Part shown: piece by piece, positions 7,207 to 15,223 of the stretch | How positions within the stretch are numbered: position 1 is the first letter of the stretch | How the letters are laid out: each line of letters opens with the position of its first letter | DNA from: a virus | Taxonomy: Duplodnaviria > Caudoviricetes | IMG/VR virus record: IMGVR_UViG_3300031472_000034 | Location: 1-27,272 of that record | DNA: 27,272 nucleotides | Direction: 5' to 3' (one strand) | Made by a program: the position numbers and the translations under genes | Notes under the pieces: model-generated | Databases searched by the model: none | What the model saw: the letters and a program-made list of their open reading frames with translations, nothing else | What the model was told of the DNA's origin: nothing

Positions 7207-8001
7207 CTACTCCTCGGATTCGCTGACGGAGCTTCCCTGAGCGGTCACGCCCGCGAGTCGTGGAGGCGGAACGCCTGGGCCGCCCTGGACACTCGCGGCG
7301 AGCGTGGCAAGGCCCGTTTGCGCCGATGCGAGCACGCCGTTAACCGCCGCTTGCAGATACGACTCTGTCACGATCGCGTCGGAGGACGAGAGCCCGTCCA
7401 TCCCGATCTCGATCGTCTTCGACGCGCCCTTGAAGATGATAACCAGCGGGCCGAGCTTGAGCGTCAGCGTGTTCGCGTTGTCGTCGACCGTGAGGCCGTT
7501 TCCGGCAGTCGTCAGGACCGAGAGGAGCGCACCCGCGAGCACCCGCGTCGCAGCTTTCCCGTCGCCTTGATTCGCGTCATTCGTTTGCCGGATGTACGCA
7601 TCGATCGGGCCCGGCGTCCCGAGTTTCTGGTATGCCTGCCGATGAACGAGGTGATTCTCGCCCGCGAGCGCGCCTGGCGAGTCATCCGTGCCGTGCTCAA
7701 GGATTGCTCGGTCTCCGGATGCGCCGCGCACGACGAGCACGCGCTCGCCGCCACGCGGACCGCTCTGAAAACCATTTGCGGGCGTGAGAAGCTGAATTCG
7801 CCGCCATACCATCGGCTGCGCGGCCGAGTCACCATCGTCGACCTGCGCGAGCGACTCAAGATCGACAACGTCAACCACGCCTTCGCTCGGATCATAGGTG
7901 CCCCGTAGCACGACCCCGTCGAGCCCCATCTCGTGGCCGCGATCGTGTAGCACCTGCGCCACGATCGTCTTCACGGACGAGACGTATCGGCCGAAGTTCA
8001 T
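7207..8001 (-). CDS. Baseplate central spike (gpV / Mu gp45-like), 264 aa
   Basis: Likely ATG at 8001 (MNFGRY), 2 nt after the hub stop. OB-fold-like YDPSEGVVDV...GFQSGPRGGERVLVV followed by a beta-rich segment (PGALAGENHLVH...GLTVDDNANTLTLK). Confidence 0.7.
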   Translation of the reverse strand: MNFGRYVSSVKTIVAQVLHDRGHEMGLDGVVLRGTYDPSEGVVDVVDLESLAQVDDGDSAAQPMVWRRIQLLTPANGFQSGPRGGERVLVVRGASGDRAILEHGTDDSPGALAGENHLVHRQAYQKLGTPGPIDAYIRQTNDANQGDGKAATRVLAGALLSVLTTAGNGLTVDDNANTLTLKLGPLVIIFKGASKTIEIGMDGLSSSDAIVTESYLQAAVNGVLASAQTGLATLAASVQGGPGVPPPRLAGVTAQGSSVSESEE

Positions 8002-8003
8002 GC

Positions 8004-9461
8004 TCAGAGACCCGATTGAGGAAGCTCGTGATTGACGGCCTCGACCGTGATCGCCCAGCCATCCGAATCGCCCGCCGGATCGTCGCCTTGCGGCGTCGAC
8101 ATCCGGTGCTTGATGCTCTGGGCGCGATAGCGCTTCGGCGGCGCGACGCCCGACAGCACGATCGGCCCAGGCGAGCCGCTCGCACCGCCACTCGTCACGT
8201 CGCGTTCGCTCGACGTGCTGTTGAATGCCGTCCACGGCACGTTCTCGACGTCGAATACCGCCCCACGCCTCAGCGCCGCGACCGTCAACGGCGTCGCCGT
8301 TACCTCGAACGTGATCTGGTATTCGGCTCGCGAGAGTTGATTCCAGAACGTGAGTCGGCGCGCGTTCGCGTACGCAAGATCCACATAGGGAATGCGGAGG
8401 ATATAGTGCTCTTTCCCGTCGTCGTGCGAAAACCCGGCGGAGCCGGTTTGCTGCACGCCACCCGACGACGTCGAGGTATTCGACGACGTGTTACCCTTCG
8501 AATCGATGCTAAACGAAGATGAGCCGTTCCCGCCGAAGATCGGGTGCGAGAACGTATCGACGTTCTTAACCGTCGTGACAGGTTTCCCGTTGACAGTTTT
8601 GGTCCGGTGGTGACTCGCGCTGCGACGCTTCGGATTCGAGACCCGGACGTCGACCTTGATGTTCTTGTTATACTGCGGTGAGTGCTTGCCGCTGAACGAG
8701 TTGAAGTCGCGCCCGAAGAGGAGCGTGATTGAGGGCGCCGGGTTGTCATCCGTCGCGACGTAGTAGAGCGTCATGCCGTCGCCATACAGGCGAGCGCCAT
8801 CTGCCTCAGCGCAACTCTGCAACACATCCCAGACGCGCGCGTCACGCAGCCCGACAACGAGCTCCTTGCCGAACACCTGGGCCATCGTAGCCGCGTTCGC
8901 GTCCAGTCCGTCGCCGATCACAACCTGGAAGCCGTAGCGCGTCCCAACCGCGCGAACGAAGTCGGTCGATCGCTGGCCCGAAGCCGTCGTGGTGATTTTG
9001 GCAGCGGTCAAGATCGAAATGAACGACCGAGCCGAGAACGTCACCTCGCCTGCGAGCCAATTCGGCTCCCAGTTGTCGATGACGCCAAGAAAGACTTGCT
9101 CGAGCTCGCTGATGTTCGCCGGCGCGACCGCATCAGGGTCGGCCGGGAAACCGGCGCGAATCTCAATCGGGACCGACCCGTCCTGCGCGAGCGAGTCGGC
9201 GAGTTGGACGCTCCAATCGGGCATATCGGCCAGCGCGACCGTGACCGTCGCGGTATCGGTCTCGCCATGCGCGTAGAGCTCGACGCCTTGATCGATCGGC
9301 TCGACCGCGTACCCGTTGATGATCGCGAGCCAGCGCGGCGCGTAGTGCTCGTCGCCACCGTAGAATTTGAGCGGGCCCTGCTCGGTGAAGTCCTCGAACT
9401 GGATGCGTCGGTGCGCGGAGGCCGTGACGTGGCCGATGATCGGAAGATTCGAGTCCGTCAT
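8004..9461 (-). CDS. Baseplate hub protein (gpD / Mu gp44-like)
   Basis: 485 aa; IEIRAGF...VFLGVIDN...VTFSARS...LTAAKI...WDVLQSCAEADG..LYGDGMTLYY; ATGA overlap with the upstream gene. Confidence 0.75.
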   Translation of the reverse strand: MTDSNLPIIGHVTASAHRRIQFEDFTEQGPLKFYGGDEHYAPRWLAIINGYAVEPIDQGVELYAHGETDTATVTVALADMPDWSVQLADSLAQDGSVPIEIRAGFPADPDAVAPANISELEQVFLGVIDNWEPNWLAGEVTFSARSFISILTAAKITTTASGQRSTDFVRAVGTRYGFQVVIGDGLDANAATMAQVFGKELVVGLRDARVWDVLQSCAEADGARLYGDGMTLYYVATDDNPAPSITLLFGRDFNSFSGKHSPQYNKNIKVDVRVSNPKRRSASHHRTKTVNGKPVTTVKNVDTFSHPIFGGNGSSSFSIDSKGNTSSNTSTSSGGVQQTGSAGFSHDDGKEHYILRIPYVDLAYANARRLTFWNQLSRAEYQITFEVTATPLTVAALRRGAVFDVENVPWTAFNSTSSERDVTSGGASGSPGPIVLSGVAPPKRYRAQSIKHRMSTPQGDDPAGDSDGWAITVEAVNHELPQSGL

Positions 9462-10405
9462 GCCGTCGTCCCGACGCCGCTGATCGGCGGCAAGATGAGG
9501 CGCTTCTGGGAACCGCGATCGAGAAAGAGCGACGCGAGCCCGTTCGCCTTCGCGATCGCGGTCGCGGAAATCGTCGGCTCGAGACCGGGGTAGTATTGCG
9601 CCCCGAGCTTGAGCAACGAAGTCGAGGCTCCGTCGACGAGCACCGACGACGGCGACTGGCCGCGCGTGATATTGGCCGCGAGGACGCGCAGCGCTGAAAG
9701 ATGCGACGTTGCGGGCAAGACAGCGGCGGAGAGCGCCGGTAGTTTGCCGAGATACGCTTGCGCACGGCCGATCGCCGTCGTGATCGTGGTAAGGGCCGAC
9801 CCCGAGTTCGCCGATCCCGACGCGACGGGCCCGATCGACGCGACCGCCGCATCGATGTCACTCTGCGAGACGAGCGAACCGCTCGCGCCCGGGTCGACCG
9901 ACAAGATCTCGCCATAGCTGCTCGACGCGCTACTGAGATTTGACGCCACGGCCGAGTCGACGCTTGCAGCCGGCGATTTTGCCGTCGAGCTGAGGTCTGA
10001 CTGGACGCTCACCGCAATGTGGTACAGCGCGTGGAACGCCTGATACCACGTGACGACGAAGTCCAAGACGATGACGCGGTACGTCTTGATGCGGCCGGGC
10101 TTCCGCCAAGTCAGTGTCGTCGCTTGCTGCGAATTCGCGAGTGCCTCGAGGATCGCGATTTGCGAGTCGGCATTTTCGAAGAACTCGCCGTCCCAGGCAA
10201 CGTCCTTTGGATGCGACCCGAGCGTTTGGGTCCGGACGCGGCCACCGATCGCGATCTTCTTGACCACGATGGGCGTGACGCCGAACGCGATCTCGCTCGG
10301 AGCCTCGTCGATCGCAAACGTGCAGCCGCCGATCGTCAGCGGGTCGTCGCCCGCTCCGGAAGTCGCCGTCGCAGAGGCCAAGAGAATCGAGGGAACCGCG
10401 ACCAA
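9458..10405 (-). CDS. Tail tube initiator / baseplate protein with C-terminal degenerate LysM (gpU/gpX-like)
   Basis: LTIGGCTF..DEAPSEIAFG...IGGRVRTQTLG...DVAWDGEF; C-terminal SLLKLGAQYY...IAKANGL...LILPP; TTG start with SD GAGGGGG. Confidence 0.7.
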   Translation of the reverse strand: MVAVPSILLASATATSGAGDDPLTIGGCTFAIDEAPSEIAFGVTPIVVKKIAIGGRVRTQTLGSHPKDVAWDGEFFENADSQIAILEALANSQQATTLTWRKPGRIKTYRVIVLDFVVTWYQAFHALYHIAVSVQSDLSSTAKSPAASVDSAVASNLSSASSSYGEILSVDPGASGSLVSQSDIDAAVASIGPVASGSANSGSALTTITTAIGRAQAYLGKLPALSAAVLPATSHLSALRVLAANITRGQSPSSVLVDGASTSLLKLGAQYYPGLEPTISATAIAKANGLASLFLDRGSQKRLILPPISGVGTTA

Positions 10406-10423
10406 GACGACCCCCTCGCTAAA

Positions 10424-10783
10424 TTATGCCGTTGCCGCGACGGCCTCGCCCGGATAGAACTGCAGGCCGCACGCACGGCAGGCTGATCGCACGCTATTCG
10501 GCGCCGCCTCGAGCGCCGCGCGCTTCATCGCCATGCGGCGAGGCAGCATCGCGAGCGACCATAGGCCAAAGATCGATAGCCACGCGCCGAGCGTCACGAC
10601 CGACAGGACGATCACGATCAAGGCGTCTCGCCCGGCTGCCTTCTTGAACCGATACCACGCCAGCAAGTCAGGGTCGCGACTCAGAAAGTCGAGCTGATGG
10701 TCGAGCATCCCGCTCCCACATCGAAGGCACTGGTCTGGGACCTCAACGGGCGACATCCCGAATCCAAACGCTTGATACGACAT
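10424..10783 (-). CDS. Small membrane protein with CxxC-TM-CxxC architecture (moron-like), 119 aa
   Basis: MSYQAFG...CLRC...ALIVIVLSVVTLGAWLSIFGLWSLAML...CRAC; occupies the gap between the tape measure and tube initiator genes. Confidence 0.65.
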   Translation of the reverse strand: MSYQAFGFGMSPVEVPDQCLRCGSGMLDHQLDFLSRDPDLLAWYRFKKAAGRDALIVIVLSVVTLGAWLSIFGLWSLAMLPRRMAMKRAALEAAPNSVRSACRACGLQFYPGEAVAATA

Positions 10784-10789
10784 GGCGCG

Positions 10790-10795
10790 AGTATA
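10790..10795 (-). promoter_or_regulatory. Putative -10 box (TATACT) for a leaderless transcript
   Basis: TATACT-CGCGCC-ATG: near-consensus -10 box 6 nt upstream of ATG 10783, with no SD and no clear -35. Confidence 0.5.
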
Positions 10796-10820
10796 CCGCG
10801 CGTCCAACTCGTATGCGCGT

Positions 10821-13379
10821 TTAGTGCGCGGGAACGAGAAGAGAAGATCCAAGCCGCGGCCCCGTCGCGCTGCCGCGGTTTGAGCCGGAACCCGATGCCG
10901 CCGCATTCGAAGAGCCGTTCCAGAAACGGTCCAGGATGTCGATCGTCTGCTCGGCGTGCTGCTGCGGTGTGCCCTTCGGCAGATTCAGATTCACGGTCGT
11001 CGGCCCGCGGGAGCTGCTCGCGACGGGAATCGTCTGAAGCGGTGTCGCGGCCCCGCGGTTGCGCGCGTTCCGAGGGTCGTAGCTCATCGCGCTCGGGTCA
11101 TTCGGGCCGCCCCGACCCGCTGCCATTGCTCCCGCACCCAACGAGTCGAAGAACGAATTCCCTGCGTTCTTCTTCATCGCAGCGGCAAGCTGCGCATCCA
11201 GTCCGGAGCTGAACTTCGAATTGTCGAAAAGTAGATCTTTCCAGTGCGACTGTGCGTACGCGAGCGCGGTTCCAGCAGCCGACATCAGTCCCTTGATCGC
11301 GGCGGAAAGCCATTGCCCAATCGTCCCGAACGCGTAGCCGATCGTATAGCCAATCCCGGCCTTATTCTTCTCCCACCAGATCCGGACTTGCTTGACCATG
11401 TCAAGCCCGCCGCCCCCAAATAGGAGCTTGAATGCTTCGCGAAAAGCCTCAAGGGCGACGAGCACTTCCGGAATTCCGGTCTCAAGCCCAAGAATCCCGA
11501 TCGTGACCCGCGGGAGCCACTTGGCCGCGAGATCGCCGATCATTCCGCCAAAGCGGCCAAGCGGCCCCCCGAGCTTTCCGAGTGAGTGCTCGACGACTTC
11601 GAACAGGTTGGCTCGAACGGCCCCGTGCTCACCGGCTCGGCGGATTCCAACACTGGCGCCGACCCCGACGCTATGCCGCGCCTCATGCTCGGCAATATGT
11701 GCGAAGATCCGCAGGCCGCCCAGCACCTGGGCGAGCTTCACGACGCCAAGACCGGCACCGACTGTCAGCGCGCCGGTCGCGACGGCCGATTCGCGCGGGT
11801 GCGTCGAGAGAAACGTTGCCGCCCCGCCAGTCGCGCTCGATAGCATCGAGACGAAATGCGTAAGCGGCGCGATCAGCGGGCCAGCGAGGATTGCCGAGAG
11901 CGTTGCGAAGTTCGTTGCCAGGAGCTGCGACTGATGGTTTAGCGACGACATCAGCCGCACTTGAGCCGTCTGGAGATCGGGAATACGGGCGAGCGTCGCC
12001 GTCACGGCCTTGCCCTGCGCAATCCCGGTGTCGCTCGAGAATGCGCCCGCGATTAGCGAAGCGTTCGTGCTGAACGCGCCCGACAGAAGTTGGCCGTATT
12101 CACGTCCGCGCCCCTTGCCGAATTGATGGCGCGTTTGGTTAAGCGCTGCGAACAGAGCCTCGGGATCGAAGTTTCCAGCCCGATCGATGAAGCGCGAGTT
12201 CCCGTGCGCATCGAGCAATCCGAGCCCGGCTTGCGCCGCGTACATCTTGTCACTCGACGGCGAGCGCAGGTTCCGAAGCATCATGTTCAGACCGGTGCCC
12301 GACTTACCGCTCCCGTAGCCGAGACGATCGGCGCGCGCCGCCAGCTTGAGCACTTCTTCGGGCGCGACACCCGCCTGCACGAACGACGAGCCGAAATACT
12401 TGATCTGGGTCTGCATCGTTTTCAGCGAGTCGGGCATGTCGTTGCTGATCTTGTATTCGGTATTCATGAACGGCGCGAGTTGTGCAGCCGTCCGAAGATT
12501 GAGCATGTGCGAGAGCGCAGCCATCTGGGCCGCCGATTGCTCGAACGGGACGTGATTCTTGCCGAGAAACTGCGTATCGGCGAACTGCGCGATCGGCATC
12601 GCGAGTTGGGCCATGTCGCGCGGGTTGTTGAGCCCCGACGTCGCCATCGTGCGCAGCAGGTTCATCGAGTCGGTCACCGACTGGGCGGTGTTCATCGACA
12701 TCCGCATCGCAATCGGCAAGAGATTCTTCTGGACGTAGCCGTCCGGGAGCACCTTCCCCTCGCCCATCGCGAGCCCGGTCTGGATCATCGAGTCTTGAAG
12801 GTTCGCGCGCTCCTTCGTCCCGATCGCGAGCGTAGCAAGCGACACTAGGCCGCCGACGCCAGCAGCGCTGCCGGCGAACCGCATCGCTCCGCCACCAGCC
12901 GTTGCGGCCGCGCCCGCTCCAGCCGCACTCGCGGCACCAGTCCGATTCACCGTTCGAAGGCTAACCGAAGCGGTACGGGCGGCGGCCGTGACGCCTTCGA
13001 GTCGCGCAATCACACCAGTGAACGCGGTATCTGCTTCTGCCGCGAAAGCGGTTGTGGACGCGCCCATCGATTCGACCGACGCATCATACTTACTAGCCGC
13101 ACGCTCGGCCTCAGTCGACATCGCGCCGAGTTTAGCCCCGATGGCCTCAAAAGCGACCGCGATTCGATCCGCCATTGGGAGAATCGATTCAAGTACGGTT
13201 CGGACCTGAGAACCGACGCGGCTAAATGCCGCGAGTGCCTCTGAGGCCCCCGCGGTCGACTTCTCGAGCGCCTCAATGGCCTCGGCCGCTTGAGCCGAAT
13301 ACTTCGCGATTGCGCCGAGCTCGCGCTGGGCGTTCGACTTGAAAAGGTACTCTGCGCCAATCAGGTAGCCGTCAGCCAT
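10821..13379 (-). CDS. Tail tape measure protein (852 aa)
   Basis: Long Ala/Gly-rich helical protein after the chaperones; core resembles TP901-type TMPs (GSGKSGTGLNMMLRNL); ATG 13379 with SD AAGGAG. Confidence 0.88.
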   Translation of the reverse strand: MADGYLIGAEYLFKSNAQRELGAIAKYSAQAAEAIEALEKSTAGASEALAAFSRVGSQVRTVLESILPMADRIAVAFEAIGAKLGAMSTEAERAASKYDASVESMGASTTAFAAEADTAFTGVIARLEGVTAAARTASVSLRTVNRTGAASAAGAGAAATAGGGAMRFAGSAAGVGGLVSLATLAIGTKERANLQDSMIQTGLAMGEGKVLPDGYVQKNLLPIAMRMSMNTAQSVTDSMNLLRTMATSGLNNPRDMAQLAMPIAQFADTQFLGKNHVPFEQSAAQMAALSHMLNLRTAAQLAPFMNTEYKISNDMPDSLKTMQTQIKYFGSSFVQAGVAPEEVLKLAARADRLGYGSGKSGTGLNMMLRNLRSPSSDKMYAAQAGLGLLDAHGNSRFIDRAGNFDPEALFAALNQTRHQFGKGRGREYGQLLSGAFSTNASLIAGAFSSDTGIAQGKAVTATLARIPDLQTAQVRLMSSLNHQSQLLATNFATLSAILAGPLIAPLTHFVSMLSSATGGAATFLSTHPRESAVATGALTVGAGLGVVKLAQVLGGLRIFAHIAEHEARHSVGVGASVGIRRAGEHGAVRANLFEVVEHSLGKLGGPLGRFGGMIGDLAAKWLPRVTIGILGLETGIPEVLVALEAFREAFKLLFGGGGLDMVKQVRIWWEKNKAGIGYTIGYAFGTIGQWLSAAIKGLMSAAGTALAYAQSHWKDLLFDNSKFSSGLDAQLAAAMKKNAGNSFFDSLGAGAMAAGRGGPNDPSAMSYDPRNARNRGAATPLQTIPVASSSRGPTTVNLNLPKGTPQQHAEQTIDILDRFWNGSSNAAASGSGSNRGSATGPRLGSSLLVPAH

Positions 13380-13448
13380 AAAGGGCGGCTCCTTTCGATC
13401 GTCGCGCGATCTCACGTGCTATGCTCGGTCGGTGAGCGCGAGCGCGGC

Positions 13449-13583
13449 GTGCAGTACCTAACCCTGTTCGGACTCGGAATCTGGCTCGCGGTTTCGCTTC
13501 AGCGACCATCGAAGCCACCGCGAAGTCGCATCCGGGGCATCTTCCGCCGAGCAGCGACACGAGCGCGCCGTCGCAATCAGTAG
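13449..13583 (+). CDS. Possible small antisense-oriented membrane peptide (44 aa)
   Basis: GTG-started MQYLTLFGLGIWLAVSLQRPSKPPRSRIRGIFRRAATRARRRNQ fills the roughly 200-nt gap; extended -10 TGCTATGCT at 13417-13425. Confidence 0.35.
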   Translation: MQYLTLFGLGIWLAVSLQRPSKPPRSRIRGIFRRAATRARRRNQ

Positions 13584-14077
13584 CGAACTTGCGACGCGGC
13601 GGCGGTCTCGGCCGCTGCAAGGAACCGCACGAGCGGCTGAACGTCGCCACGCGCGAGCGCCTGAACGGTCAGGTACATTATGCGCTGGACGACAGGCGTG
13701 ATCTCCTGGATTCCGATCCAGATCGCCGGCCGCGGGGGCAGATTGTGCGGCGCGTAGCCGTACTCAAGCCAGACCATCCGCTCGTCGTTCGTCGCGACCA
13801 CGAACCCGCCATCCCGCATCGCGAGTTCGAGCGAATTGCGGAGCTCGCCGGAGCGGAAAAGCGGGTCATTTTCGGAGTAACCGAGTCGGGCACGCTCGGT
13901 CTGGGTCGCCGCCGCAAGCGGCGCGAGCTTCGAGACGTCGCCGAAGACGTTGGTGATGCTCGCAAGAACGAGCCGTCCGATCGCCTCTCGGGTGAGCGCC
14001 TCGGTCACAAGTGACGCGAGCCAGACTCGCCGGGAGTGCTCGGCATAGCGCCGCGCCGACATCGAGATGATCGGCAT
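13577..14077 (-). CDS. HK97 gp10-like / virion morphogenesis neck-tail component
   Basis: LAAATQTERARLGYSENDPLFRSGELRNSL...VWLEYG...PPRP motif set. Confidence 0.7.
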   Translation of the reverse strand: MPIISMSARRYAEHSRRVWLASLVTEALTREAIGRLVLASITNVFGDVSKLAPLAAATQTERARLGYSENDPLFRSGELRNSLELAMRDGGFVVATNDERMVWLEYGYAPHNLPPRPAIWIGIQEITPVVQRIMYLTVQALARGDVQPLVRFLAAAETAAASQVRY

Positions 14078-14080
14078 CGG

Positions 14081-14302
14081 CTACCTCGCTCTCGACCGTC
14101 GTGGTCGATCGTTCGGGGTGTCGTTTCCGCCCTCGCCCTTGATCTCGACGAGAACGGACTTCACGAGCTGCGGCTCGGGTCGTCTCACCCAGCGGGAGTG
14201 TTTGAAGTCCCAACGGCCTTGGCGCGCTTCCCCGACCGCGATCGAAAGCGCCTCGGTCTCGCTGTCCGTCATCGCCATCGTCTCGTCATACGTGAGCCGC
14301 AC
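14081..14302 (-). CDS. Tail assembly chaperone C-terminal extension (gpT-like), probably expressed by -1 frameshift
   Basis: Frame is open from the slippery site at 14350-14356 into this ORF (...LKKLVGAYRGVANLVALDVVRLTYDETMAM...). Confidence 0.7.
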   Translation of the reverse strand: MRLTYDETMAMTDSETEALSIAVGEARQGRWDFKHSRWVRRPEPQLVKSVLVEIKGEGGNDTPNDRPRRSRAR

Positions 14303-14313
14303 GACATCGAGCG

Positions 14314-14685
14314 CTACGAGGTTGGCGACTCCTCGGTAGGCGCCGACGAGTTTTTTAGGTTCGCGGCCTCCGCGTTGAACGCGCGCCCGTACGCTCCAAG
14401 CAACTCGTCGAGTTCATTTGCCGTAAGGCGCTGTAGCCGCTCGTCGAGCAGCAGCATACTCGTGGCCGGTGGAAGCGGATGCCCGTCGATCGCCTGCATC
14501 GCCATCCCCATCCGGTAGTAGGCCATCTCGATCAGATTCGTCGACTCGAGGATCTTCGCGACCCGCATTGACTCAAGCCCGTTGAGCTCGACGAACGAGA
14601 TCTCGCGCCCGCTGCTCTCGCACACATGCGTCGAGACGGATCGGCCGTGCGCGGCCGCATGGGGCGCAGGTGCCTTGGCCGGCAC
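14314..14685 (-). CDS. Tail assembly chaperone (gpG-like)
   Basis: 123 aa directly after the tube (TAGTG overlap); ends ...EAANLKNS, with a slippery heptamer at L-K-N. Confidence 0.8.
   Translation of the reverse strand: MPAKAPAPHAAAHGRSVSTHVCESSGREISFVELNGLESMRVAKILESTNLIEMAYYRMGMAMQAIDGHPLPPATSMLLLDERLQRLTANELDELLGAYGRAFNAEAANLKNSSAPTEESPTS
14350..14356 (-). other. Programmed -1 ribosomal frameshift heptamer A_AAA_AAC
   Basis: CTA AAA AAC in the chaperone frame; the -1 frame is continuous with 14081..14302. Confidence 0.85.
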
Positions 14686-15191
14686 TATAGTGAGAACCCG
14701 TTCGTCACAAGCTGGTTGTCCTCGTCAACGCAGTCCATCGCCTCGAACTCGAACGCGATCTCGATGTCGCTGTTCGGGGCCCACTCGCCGGTCGTCGTGA
14801 TATTGAGGGTCGCCTGGATGAACGAGAAGTTGTCGATCGATCCATCGATGATATTACGCGTGATGGTCGCGATTGTGAACATCGGCTCGTCGCCATTTGC
14901 ACGGAAGCGCGCGTCCTTCGCGAGCTGAAAGCGCTCGATCGCACCGTTGTTCCGGCCGTACGTGAACTCGCCGTGCCACCCCATCGGGATCGTCCGGTTT
15001 TTCCGGAGCCCACGTGTCGTGATCGTTCGACGCTCGCGCTTCTCACGGTCCGGAACGGCGGTGAACCGCATGAAGTCGGGCCCGAAATCGTACTGCACAC
15101 CCTGGTCATCCGTAATGATGATCGCGCGGTCCGTGAAGATGTTGATCTTGCCGTTTTGCGTAGCGGCACCTGTGGGCAGCGGAAATCCCAT
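14685..15191 (-). CDS. Tail tube protein
   Basis: 168 aa directly after the sheath; GWHGEFTYGR...TITRNIIDGSIDNFSF...GEWAPNSDIEIAFEFEA. Confidence 0.8.
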   Translation of the reverse strand: MGFPLPTGAATQNGKINIFTDRAIIITDDQGVQYDFGPDFMRFTAVPDREKRERRTITTRGLRKNRTIPMGWHGEFTYGRNNGAIERFQLAKDARFRANGDEPMFTIATITRNIIDGSIDNFSFIQATLNITTTGEWAPNSDIEIAFEFEAMDCVDEDNQLVTNGFSL

Positions 15192-15223
15192 AACGACCTA
15201 CCTTTGAGAGACGAGGCGAAGAG

